A stretch of 64,000 nt of DNA. It comes from Mizuhopecten yessoensis (Eukaryota). The position numbers and the translations under genes are program-made. The notes beneath the pieces are model-generated. The model worked only from the letters and a program-made list of their open reading frames with translations, was not told the origin of the DNA and ran no database searches. The first letter of the stretch is position 1, and the number at the start of each line of letters is the position of its first letter. The DNA is taken from contig NW_018406324.1 of the NCBI RefSeq assembly GCF_002113885.1, positions 626,681 to 690,680 on the forward strand. Reading direction: 5' to 3'. Below, piece by piece: positions 51,000-62,932 of the stretch.

Positions 51000-51355
51000 A
51001 TGATTTCATTGGTCAATCTTTGATTTATGACGTCATGTAATGTTCAATTCTTTTCGACGTCATTTTCTATTGTCACGTCATGCTCCATGGCAATTGTTTT
51101 CCCTATCGGAAACACGCATGATGTATTTTCCAGGGGAAAAGTGTGTTTTTCCTGATAAAATACGAACGTTATGGGAGAAACAGGTCCACAAACTCGTGAT
51201 GATTATTTATCATGTTTATCCAACTCTCGTTAGTTAATTTTCAAATTGTAAAAGACACTCGGTAAACCTCGTGTCTTTATACAATTTGAAGAATAACAAA
51301 CTCGAGATAGGTAAACATGATAACCAACCATCACTCGTTGTGAAACCTCTACATA
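51000..51355 (+). mobile_element. Hairpin-ended element with internal ATTGG and GACGTCA sites; apex gacactcggtaaacctcgtgtc
   Basis: cacaaactcgtgatg...tatcatgtttatc...ttcaaattgta...[apex]...tacaatttgaa...gataggtaaacatgata...catcactcgttgtg (51187-51343). Confidence 0.6.
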
Positions 51356-51404
51356 TCAACCCCTTAAAACATTAAACGTTGTCCTCTGCACACACCACGA
51401 TATG

Positions 51405-51805
51405 TGTAAAAACATGTCTACTCTTACAAATTCTCATGTCTCTGTGGTACAAACATATCTACTCTTACAAATTCGCGTGTCCCTGTGGTACAAACATATC
51501 TACTCGTACAAATTATCATGTTCCTGTGGTACAAACATATCAACTCTTACACATTCTCATGTCTCTATGGTACTGACATATCTATTCTTACAAATTCTCA
51601 TGTCCCTGTGGTACAAACATGTCTACTCGTACAAATTCCCATGTTCCTGTGGTACAAACATGTCTACTCTTACACATTCTCATGTCTCTATGGTACAAAC
51701 ATATCAACTCTTACAAATTCTCATGTCCCTGTGGTACAAACATGTCTACTCGTACAAATTATCATGTCCCTGTGGTACAAACATGTCTACTCGTACAAAT
51801 TATCA
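51405..51805. repeat. 41 bp minisatellite (gtggtacaaacatgtctactcttacaaattctcatgtccct) ~10 copies
   Basis: tggtac at 51445, 51486 and onward. Explains ORFs 51379-51891. Confidence 0.95.
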
Positions 51806-52558
51806 TAACCCTGTACTGTATGGGCGAGAACTATAAGTGTTTTAGAGGGAATTACAATGTACACATATATGTTTTGGGTAAAATCCGTTAACGAACTACT
51901 TGTACATCAATCATGCGCCCTGCAGTCTATATAAAATGTCCTAATTCTGGTTCACGCGGAACAGATTAATGTTTGCTTTACAACGGTGTTCGCAAATACC
52001 TCGCTTTACAACTCTTCGTCTGAAAAGCATGTAAAAGATACAGAATATCTGTCATATCAACGAAAAGGAAGACTGTGATCCTTGTCCCCAAGAGGCTTGT
52101 AAAGTATGAGTTTTACTGTGCTGAGTATGCAGGTAATGCATGGTAAGTTGCGATGTATGTTTTTCGGGAAGACTTATCGGTGTGTGATGGACATTTGACG
52201 GCTTGGGACTTACACGGCGGCTTGTATCAGGACTTGGTAATGGCTTGGAGTCTCAGTCCCATCTAATGGAACCGCGCGTCATCTCCGAATGGCGACTGTC
52301 AATCGGAACCCACCGAATATTGGGGCACCGCAAGGGGGTACCATCTGAACCAATGGGTGCTTGGGCAGTACAAGACTTCACATTGATACGGATAGTGTTG
52401 TTGTTATGGCGCCACAAAAAAAACAGAGAAACATACAATATAACCATCAATTCATCTGAGTCCTTACTAAAACTAATAAACTGAATAAAAAGTTAAGTTG
52501 GCCCGTATATATAGAATATTGTATATTACACATTGGATGCAACTTTAATGGGAACTTA

Positions 52559-52642
52559 TTCCTGCAGGTCGGGGATCTAGAAAAGAATACACCTGCAGAA
52601 CGTGACCCATTGCATGTATCGTAATAAGCGACTAATGAGGGA
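52559..52642 (+). other. Candidate structured RNA motif resembling the 5' end of RTE-related retroelements
   Basis: Stem ctgcaggt/acctgcag enclosing gggg...agaatac, followed by ccc-ttgc-tcgtaataagcgactaa-ggg. Similarity to the GTCGTAAGAGGCGACTAA motif is from recall only. Confidence 0.4.
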
Positions 52643-52819
52643 ACCCCCTGCAAAATTGGGGAATTGCTTTTGTGCCCTATTCTTGGACACACTGAGGCGA
52701 CCAAAATAAATATGCTGCCCCCATTGCTATCTTTGGGATCTTTATATTTCTTTCTTGTTCTAAATACCTTTTATTTCCTAGCATCTTGTTTGGCAATATC
52801 TCACTTTTGTCTTTAATGT

Positions 52820-53205
52820 TGAGCGTTCGCCCAGGTGGGGAAGGTCATGGGTCCTGTCTCCAGGCCGGGACATACATGTACAAGAGTCCTTAAATATGGT
52901 ATTTGTTGTTCCCTGCGTAACATTCAGCATTAATGGGAACGGCAACAACTGGTTCACCCGTTATCAGTATAATGTGACCGGGAGGAAGGCTTTGCTGGGT
53001 GCCTTCGGCATGGTATTTCAGTGAGATAGCACTATAAAGTCGGAATCAGATCCGCGCTATCACAATGAGGCAAATACACCAATATACCCTGCCTTCAGCA
53101 CATATACACACATGCACGCTTACACAACACGCATGAAGACACGTCCTTAAATGACCTAAGCTGTTAATAGGACATGAAACAAAATATAACCAAACCAAAC
53201 CAAAC
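52820..53205 (+). mobile_element. Meta-domain-like tRNA SINE, copy 2
   Basis: Decayed head gagcgttcgccc..., core tggtatttgttgttccctgc...cagcattaa...ctggttcacccgttatcagtataatgtgaccgg...tttcagtgagatagcactataaa. Tail acgtccttaaatgacctaagctgttaataggaca, ending in (accaa)n. Confidence 0.8.
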
Positions 53206-53423
53206 TATTAGACAATGGAAACTATTAGAGAAACAATGTCAGGATACTAGAACTGTAAATGGGTGAGAACACCACTTCAACCAGACAGTGAATTGTTCAT
53301 GATAAAGTAACCCCGCAGACATCACAAGTAACACTACAAACCAAACAAGTAAACATAAGGACCTTTAATTAATACAGACATGGCAGGTTACATACCTCCC
53401 AAGTAACATTAATATAGTATAGG

Positions 53424-54985
53424 CCTTACAAGTATCACAACACATCTTACAAGTAACACTGCACACCTTACAAGTAACACTACACACCTTAGAAGTAACA
53501 CTACACACCTGACAAGTACATTACACACCTAACAAGAAACACTACAAACCTTACAAGTAACACTACAGACCTAACAAGTAACACTACACACCTTACAAGT
53601 AACACTACAGACCTTACAAGTAACACCACACACCTTACAAGAAACACTACAGACCTTATAAGTAACACTACAAACCTTACAAGTAACACTACAGACCTTA
53701 CAAGTAACACTACACACCTTACAAGTAACACTACAGACCTTATAAGTAACACTACACACCTTACAAGTAACACTACAGACCTTACAAGTAACACTACAGA
53801 CCTTACAAGTAACACTACACACCTTACAAGTAACACTACAGACCTTACAAGTAACATTACAGACATTACAAGTAACACCACACACCTTACAAGTAACACT
53901 ACACACCTTACAAGTAACACTACAGACCTTACAAGAAACACTACAGACCTTACAAGTAACACGACACACCTGACAAGTAACACCACACACCTTACAAGAA
54001 ACACTACAGACCTTAAAAGTAACACTAGAGANACAAGAAACACTACAGACCTTACAAGAAACACTACACACCTTACAAGTAACACTACACACCTGGCAAG
54101 TATCACTACAGACCTTACAAGAAACACTACACACCTTACAAGTAACACTACAGACCTTACAAGTAACACTACACACCTGACAAGTATCACTACAGACCTT
54201 ACAAGAAACACTACAGACCTTACAAGTAACACTACAAACCTTACAAGAAACACTACACACCTTACAAGAAACACTACAAACCTTACAAGTAACACTACAG
54301 ACCTTATAAGTAACACCACACACCTTACAAGAAACACTACAGACCTTAAAAGTAACACTAGAGACCTTACAAGTAACACTACACACCTGACAAGTAACAC
54401 CACACACCTTACAAGTAACACTACAGACCTTATAAGTAACACCACACACCTTATAAGAAACACTACAAACCTTACAAGTAACACTACAGACCTTATAAGT
54501 AACACTACAGACCTTACAAGTAACACTACACACCTTACAAGTAACACTACAGACCTTATAAGTAACACCACACACCTTATAAGAAACACTACAAACCTTA
54601 CAAGCTACAGACCTTATAAGTAACACTACAGACCTTACAAGTAACAATAGACACCTTACAAGAAACACTACACACCTTACAAGTAACACTACACACCTGG
54701 CAAGTATCACTACAGACCTTACAAGAAACACTACACACCTTACAAGTAGCACTAGAGACCTTACAAGTAACACTACACACCTTACAAGTAACACTACAGA
54801 TCTTATAAGTAACACCACACACCTTACAAGTAACACTACACACCTTACAAGTAACACTACACACCTTACAAGTAACACTACAGACCTTACAAATATCACA
54901 ACAGACATTAAAAGTAACACTACAGACATTACCAGTAACATTTCAGACCTTACAAGTAACACTACAGACCTTATAAGTGACACTG
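53424..54985. repeat. 21 bp satellite (ttacaagtaacactacasacc) ~74 copies
   Basis: Direct inspection. Explains the 362 aa and 473 aa repetitive ORFs. N at 54032. Confidence 0.97.
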
Positions 54986-57900
54986 CAAACATAGCTAGTA
55001 TAATATAACACTATAACACTATAACAAAACAAGTTACATGAAAGAACGCTGCGCGAGTTTCTAGTTTCCTTGTAGATAAGAAACAAACCACGTAAATCAA
55101 AGGCATATTTTTCTTTTGTATCCTCATTATATTCGAAATTCGAATCTTGAGTTAAACGTGTATAATATATTGATTTTACCTAAATATTGCCACATTATAC
55201 CGTATTCTATCGCTCAAATGTTATCAGACAGATTATCGAAAAACATTTATATCAACTATTCCGTTATACAGAATACATGAGATAAATTATTCCGTTTCGT
55301 AACAGATTCTTCGAGTTAATATCAGGCAACATCAGTATATGTTATAAATAAAATTAATTGACAGTCTTTTACTGAACTTTAATTGATAACCGGCGAAGTC
55401 GTGATTAAGGAATTCATATGAAAGTGAGTTCGATTTCCTTTCACAATATGGGTGATTTCTATTTATTTTTAAAATCTTGACAGTCAATTCTTATTCAGTG
55501 TTAATGCAATTCCATACATATAGTATACAAAACTGTGATACTCACAATTCTGCAACATAAGATGTCGTTTATCAAATTAAAATAATTGCAGATTTACATT
55601 TTTTGGAGAAAAAACTTTGATTGATGATGCCTTTTCCTTTCTCCTTCTGTTATTTCTGTTTTTAACTTTGATTTAACGCAGATTGTAACTTGTTTTGAAA
55701 TGTTACATATGTAATATGTGTTTCCAATTTGTTTAACATCAAAAGACTATCAAATTATTTTAAACACAAACTTTGTTTCAGCTCAACATATTAAAATATC
55801 TATCATTTGTAAAATCTTGATTCCCGAATAACTTCTACAAGATAGTAAAATAAATTAAAAATTGAAACAGAATTTGAAATACCTATTCGGTTCGGACCCT
55901 GAGAAATATCGCGGTATGCTAATGCACTACTCATATTGACCTACAGATATTAAACATGCTACTTCCTCATAACTATGTTCACTAGTTAAAACGTGGGAAC
56001 AATTTCATAATGCTGACATATTTGGCATAGTTCAAATATGCCTGGCTACTTTGCTTTTTGCTGCTATTTCTTTTCTCTATGTCACTGGCCACTGTTCTTT
56101 TTTTCCTGCTATCTGATTTCTCCATGTCAACGAAAAAGACATTAAATACCCAGTTCATGTTGGCGGATCGTAGACATGTAACTGAATTTGTTAATTCTTA
56201 ATACAGTTTTAATTCAAACATAAGTGCTTGATATCAAAACTGGCTAGACTTGTCAACAAGAGATAAGTCACATCAGTAATTGTTTCTAAGCGGTAATTTG
56301 TACACTTGCGGACAAGCTATGGCGGTCACATCAAATCCTATATATATTGTGTTATTCACGTGGAAAAGTATGATCCCCGTCAATAGTTATGAATACATGA
56401 TCAATATTGGTTTCGTCTGCAGATATTACAATAAAGAAACTATATAGTAAAGAAAATGTATTACAGATTATTTACTGGGATAACAGGCAGGCTATAAAGC
56501 CTATTATTGGGAAACATTAAAACTCGCGTGCAATTCATCAATATTTAGCAACCGTTCATTAATTCTGCAGGTAAAAATCGTTAGCTGATATAATAGGGCT
56601 TTGCCAAGCAGTCGCGTACAATATGTAATTAAACTTGTGTAAATAATCTACAAGAAATTCTTGTAAAATGCAACTGAAGGTAAAAAATTCGATATGTTTT
56701 GAACATTTTCTTACAATTCTTATTAGCGCGGCACTGGCTATCTATAAGCAATTAAAAGGAAAACTAATATGTCTGCAAGAATTACTACTAAAGTAGAAAG
56801 AAGAGCTATATATTGTTGCTTCGTTATCTCAGTTTTAGTTTTTTTCTATAGAATTAAAAACAGTGCAGGAAGACTTACCCCAGTCAACGTTGCGGCGCCT
56901 TGGCCAATACAGGCTTACCCATAATGCATCAGAATTTTGATAAAAACGAAAAATTAGTTTTCCAATAAGGTATCACTCCGCATGCCCATGCTAAGTCCTG
57001 TAAACGCTTTACTCAAATGCGGTTTTTAGAGTGGCTTACAATCTTGCTGGAGTCTCTGACCTAGGGCGAACAAGAACTATATAGCATTCGAAAGAACTGG
57101 TACTTAATTAAAGTACCCGCCGTTAAGCACTTGACAAGTTGGCATTATTCGATCGCTCTGACGTTGAGCGAACATAGAATGCAGACTCTTGGCCATGTTT
57201 GACTTGGTTACATCCGGATTGTCGAAGAAATGTTCAAGTTTGGTCAGAGGCTTGGTGACACGCCATAAGCCAGTGGAGTTACTGAAGCGACAATCAACAG
57301 AATCTGTGATAAGATGAGCCGATGATAGGACTGGTGGCGGTCCCCGGGAGGAGGAATCAATGTTCAGACGTCCACCATTGCCGATAGCTTCACCGTCCTA
57401 TTACCCGCTTCGCCAAACACGCTCTCAGCAAATTAGCCACGCGGTTAGCACGAGCTCACGTGTCAACCCTATTTGCATATTTCAAATTAAAAATATATAC
57501 CCTGCCACCATAGAATCTGTGGGCTACTAATTGACGAGGCAGTAAGATTATTGTGTTGAGATATACAAGGTATGGAGGTACTGGGTCTATATTTGCTCTG
57601 TTTGTACATCACTCTTGGTAAAGGGATTACAAAACCTGAATCTTCAATATCAATCGTACAAGAGAAAGCAAATAAAGGTAATTTGGCCAACTAGAAAAGC
57701 GGCCGTAAGAAAGTGCTTATTTACTGACTGGGTTGACGCTAGCTTGTTCTGATCGATGTGTCCCCCGGTACGAGGCCCGGACAGGGGGTTATTATGACAG
57801 TGGTATCTTAGATTCCAAGTCGATCACAATCCACTCCAGGGGAACTTATAAGGAACAGAATACACTGCTAATTTTGAGGACAGTGCCGGCTGCGCCCGCA

Positions 57901-57989
57901 CTCCAGGGAATAGTGTACGGATCGCAATTTGGAGTATATTGTACGTATACCTAGGTCGCATTCCGGAGAAAAATATTCCCCTAGATCCT

Positions 57990-60900
57990 ACTCCGGAGAA
58001 TAGTTTACACCTATATCTCACCCCTGCACTCCAGGGAACAGCGACATCCGGATCGCATTGAAAATAGTGCACTCTTAGATCTCATTCCGTAGTATAGTGC
58101 ATACTTAGATCTCACTCCGTACAATAGTACACACCTAGATCTCACTCCGTACAATATTGTACACCTAGATCTCACCCCGTACAATAGTACAAACCTATAT
58201 ATCACTCCGTACAATAGTACACACCTAGATCTCACTTCGTACAATAGTACAAACCTAGATCTTACTCCGTACAATAGTACACACCTAGATCTGTCCCCGT
58301 ACAATAATACACACCTAGATCTCACTCCGTATAATAGAGTTCACCTAGATATCACACCGTACAATAGTGCACACCTAGATCTCAGTCCGTACAATAGAGT
58401 TCACCTAGATAAAACACCGTACAATATTACACACCTAGGTCTCACTCAGTAGAATAGAACACACCTAGATCTCACTCCATACAATAGTACACACCTAGAT
58501 CTCACTCCGTACAATAGTACACACCTAGATCTCACTCTGTACAATAATGTACACCTAGATCTCACTCCGTACAATAGTGTTCACCTAGGTCTCCGTTCGT
58601 ACAGTATTGTACACCTAGATATCACTCCGTACAATATTACACACCTAGATCTCACTCCGTACAATAGTACACACCTAGATCTCACTCCGTACAATAGAAC
58701 ACACCTAGATCTCACTCCGTACAATAGTGCACATCTAGATCTCACTTCGTACAATAGTGCACACCTAGATCTCACTCCGTACAATAGTGCACACCTAGAT
58801 ATCATTCAGTAGAATATTACACACCTAGGTCTCACTCAGTAGAATAGAACACTCCTAGATCTCACTCCATACAATAGAACACACCTAGATCTCACTCCGT
58901 ACAATAGTACACACCCAGATCTCCTTCCGTACAATAGAACACACCTAGATCTCACTCCGTACAATAGTGCACATATCGATATCACTCTGTACAATAGTGC
59001 ACACCTAGATCTCACTCCGTACAATAGTGCACACCTAGATATCATTCAGTAGAATATTACACACCTAGGTCTCACTCAGTAGAATAGAACACACCTAGAT
59101 CTCACTCCATACAATAATACACACCTAGATCTCACTCCGTAAAATACTGTACACCTAGATCTTACCCCGTACAGTAGTACACACATATATCTCACTCCGT
59201 ACAATAGTGCACACATAGATCTCACTCCTTACAATAGTACACACCTAGATCCCACTCCGTACAATAGTGTACACCTAGATCTCACTCAGTAGAATAGAAC
59301 ACACCTAGATCTCACTCCGTGCAATAGTGCACACCTAGATATCATTCAGTAGAATATTACACACCTAGGTCTCACTCAGTAGAATAGTGTACACCTAGAT
59401 CTCACTCAGTAGAATAGAACACACCTACATCTCACTCCGTACAATAATGCACACCTAGATCTCACTCCTTACAATAGTACACACCTAGATCTCCTTTCGT
59501 ACAATAGTGTACACCTAGATCTCACTCAGTAGAATAGAACACACCTACATCTCACTTCGTACAATAGTGTCCATCTAGATCTCACTCCGTACAATAGTGT
59601 ACACTTATCTCTCACCCCGTACAATAGTACACATCTAGGTCTCACTCCGTACAATAGTACACACCTAGATCTCACTCAGTAGAATAGAACACACCAATAT
59701 CTCACTCCGTACAATAGAACACACCTAGGTCTCACTCCGTACAATAGTACACACCTAGATCTCACTCCGTACAATAGTAAACACCTAGATCTCACCCCGT
59801 ACAATAGTACACATCTAGGTCTCACTCCGTACAATAGTACTCACCTAGATCTCACTTAGTAGAATAAAACACACCAATATCTCACTCCGTACAATACTGT
59901 ACAACTAGATCTTACTCCGTACAATAGTGTACACCTAGATCTCAATCAGTAGAATAGAACACACCTACATATCACTCGGTACAATAGTGTACACCTAGAT
60001 ATCACTCCGTAAAATAGTACACACCTACATCTCACTCCGTACAATAATGCACACCTAGATATCACTCCGTACAATAGTACACATCTAGATCTCACTCCGT
60101 ACAATAGTGCACACCTAGATCTCACTCCGTACAATAGTGCACACCTAGATATCATTCAGTAGAATATTACACACCTAGGTCTCACTCCAATCTCCTTCCG
60201 TACAATAGTACACATCTATATCTCACTCCGGACAATAATGCACACCAAGATCTCACTCCATATACTAGTGTACACCTAGATCTTACCCCGTACAGTAGTA
60301 CACACATATATCTCACTCCGTACACAATAGTGTACACCTAGATCTTACCCCGTACAGTAGTACACACATATATCTCACTCCGTAAAATAGTGCACACCTA
60401 GATTACATACCGTACAATAGTACACATCTAGGTCTCACTCCGTACAATATTATACACCTTGATCTCACTCCGTAAAATAATGCACACCTAGATATTGTTC
60501 AGTAGAATAGTACAAACCTAGATCTTACTCCGTACAATAGTAAACACCTAGATCTCACTCAGTAGAATAGTACACCCCTAGATCTCCTTTCGTACAATAG
60601 TGTACATCTAGATATCACTCCATAGAATAGTGTACACCTAGGGCTCACTCCATACAATAATGCACACCAAGATCTCACTCCATAGAATAGAGTACACCTA
60701 TATCTCACTCCGTACAATAATGCACACCTAGATCTCACTTAGTAGAATAGAACACACCTAGATCTCACTCCATAGAATAGTGTACACCTATATCTCACTC
60801 CGTACAATAATGCACACCTAGATCTCACTCCGTTCATTATACACACCTAGATCTTACCCTGTACAATAGTAAATACCTAGATCTCACTCCATATAAAAGT
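57990..60900. repeat. 30 bp satellite (ctcactccgtacaatagtacacacctagat) ~95 copies, decayed edges to ~57830 and ~61110
   Basis: Units align in register with the 60-base lines from 58081 to 60180. Confidence 0.97.
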
Positions 60901-61465
60901 GTAAACCTAAATCATTCTCCGGAGAAACTGTTACATAGACCGCACCTTGAAGATTAACGAACTGCACCTAGATGTCATTGCGGCGAACAATTTAAACTTA
61001 TATTTCACTCTAACTCAAAAGAAAGAATCTTTTTCGAAATGTACATCTACATCTCACCCCTGAGAAATGTGTTCGACTAGATCTCACGCCGGAGAATAGT
61101 GTGCACCCACTTACATGTATTTGCACACACTAACGAGAAGTAAAAAAAAAATGAATCTTTGGTGATAAAGAGACAGGGACACTACAGGGAAGTGTTTCGA
61201 AACAAATGTACCCTAGGGAAGGTGCCCTTTGTAAGTATTGACACACAATCGCGAAGACTCCCCAGTTACAGCACTGATGCAATTCCTCTCAGGGACCTTG
61301 TACAACATAGATTACACTCAGTGAACCTTGTCAATCAGTGGTCGCAATCCATTTACCACTCAGTGAACGTACAGAGGCTTTAATACTTCACTCAGGGGAC
61401 ATGTAAAGCATAAACCACACGTAGGGGGGTTCTTGTACATTATCACTCAAAGGGAATCTTGAACT

Positions 61466-61693
61466 AGACAAAGGAGAGGAGGACGAGTAGGAGGAAGAGG
61501 AGGAGGAAGAGTAGGAGGAAAAGGAGGGCAAGGACAAGGAGGAAGAACAAAGGGGAGGAAGAGGACAAGGATGAGGACGAAGAAACGGAGGAAAATAGAG
61601 GAGGAAGAGGACAATGAAAATGATGACGAAAATAGAGGAGAAGGAGGAGGACGTGAACAAGAAGGAGGGAAAATAGAGAAGGAGGAGGAGGAG
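61466..61693. repeat. Purine-rich (GAG/GGA/GAA) low-complexity tract
   Basis: Almost exclusively A/G on the + strand, with TAG interruptions. Confidence 0.85.
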
Positions 61694-62711
61694 CCACTGT
61701 TTTAGCATCCACGTCTGTCACCTGTCAGCCCCGTGCGGGTCACCTGTACTTGGTTAGGCTGGTGCCGTACGTTTAGTTACGTGACAAACGGCTATACATG
61801 TGTGAATTATTTTGCATCTCTCGTGAAGAAGTACCGACTGAAAAGAGTTATCAGTTTGACTAAATGGCACTTCCTGTTAACGAGGTCACGTGTTTTGGAA
61901 TTGCCTGACCTAAATGAGAGTTTGAAAATCATCCGAAAGTGTTTTGTGTAAAATTATACTGTTCACTGTTATTAATAACTACAACAACTTATACTCAAAA
62001 CACTTACACAGCAAGAGTACTGGGGAGTAATGCAAATATTCAATTAGAACGACATGTAACTCCACTTCTCAAAAACCGATTAATTATAAACAAAAAATAA
62101 CAAACAATCTAGAATACAACTAAACAACTGACAGCAAACAACATAGAAATACAACCAAAGCATAGACAACTTACTTCATAAAGCACACAACCTAACAGTT
62201 GACATCTATCAAGGTAACTAGACACGACGAGGGGCGGATCTATTCTAGTAACAAGTGTTTAAAAAGTTACTTGAATCATCACGAAAATTTCAGTTTTACA
62301 TAGTTCCGTCCAGGGTAAATACTGGAGGTAGAAAATGTCTCTGATTTTCCAAGAATAATAAAATACCGTCATGCTAGTGTCTTGATGTCAGATTCCCACG
62401 GTCTCCTTTCATTTAGGTAAATATAAAACTGAAGCGGACCTTCTTCATCTGAACTGTAAACCGTTTTGTGATGCTGAGACATTAAAACGTCATACGAACA
62501 ATGATAATGACAGTTGACTTTTTTAATGGTAAACGCTCTCTTTAGCTGACTGGCACATCCACAGACTATCTCTTCTCCTTCTCTCTATTCTAAATATCCC
62601 GGGTGTGGGAGGTTCCAAACTGGAAAGTGTATTGATATACTTATGTTTTTTTACAGAAAAGTCCTAAGCCGTCCTAGGGGAGGAAAGGTACTTTAGGGCC
62701 GCTACTACTAG

Positions 62712-62932
62712 GTTTGTTTTGTTTGTGTTTACGTCCTATTTACAGCTATGTTCATTTAAGGACGTGCCAGGTTTTGGTGGTGGAGGAAAACCGGAGTTCC
62801 TGGAGAAAAAACACTGACCTACTGCCAGTACCTGGCGACTGTCCCACGTAGGCCTCGAACCCGCGACCCAGTGGTGGATGGCTAGTGGTAGCAGAATCTC
62901 AGACGCCTTAACCACTTTGCCACCGCGGCCCC
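62712..62932 (-). mobile_element. Full-length tRNA-headed V-domain-like SINE (copy 2)
   Basis: Minus strand begins ggggccgcggtggcaaagtggttaaggcgtc, has B-box ggttcgaggcc, V-like core and shared tail. Colinear with 6962-7174. Confidence 0.85.

Noticed and set aside
52150-52484. GC-richer block with a minus-strand GTAAGT donor near 52214
   Set aside because: All frames close before the donor and no peptide is recognisable.
53501-54992. 362 aa and 473 aa ORFs (VVLLVRC / CSVTCKV repeats) as metallothionein-like or membrane proteins
   Set aside because: They are two frames of a 21 bp satellite that happens to lack stops. There is no unique domain or splice support, and one frame switch and an N lie inside.
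56870-57480. Unique block with donor-like motifs, octamer ATTTGCAT and short ORFs
   Set aside because: No open frame of meaningful length or recognisable homology. The motifs are expected by chance.
58011-60155. Repetitive RSRCVLLYGV ORFs
   Set aside because: Reverse translation of the 30 bp satellite, with frequent stops.
61388-61721. Acidic or Ser/Leu-rich ORFs
   Set aside because: Low-complexity purine tract. The plus-strand Glu-rich reading is interrupted by TAG and frame changes.
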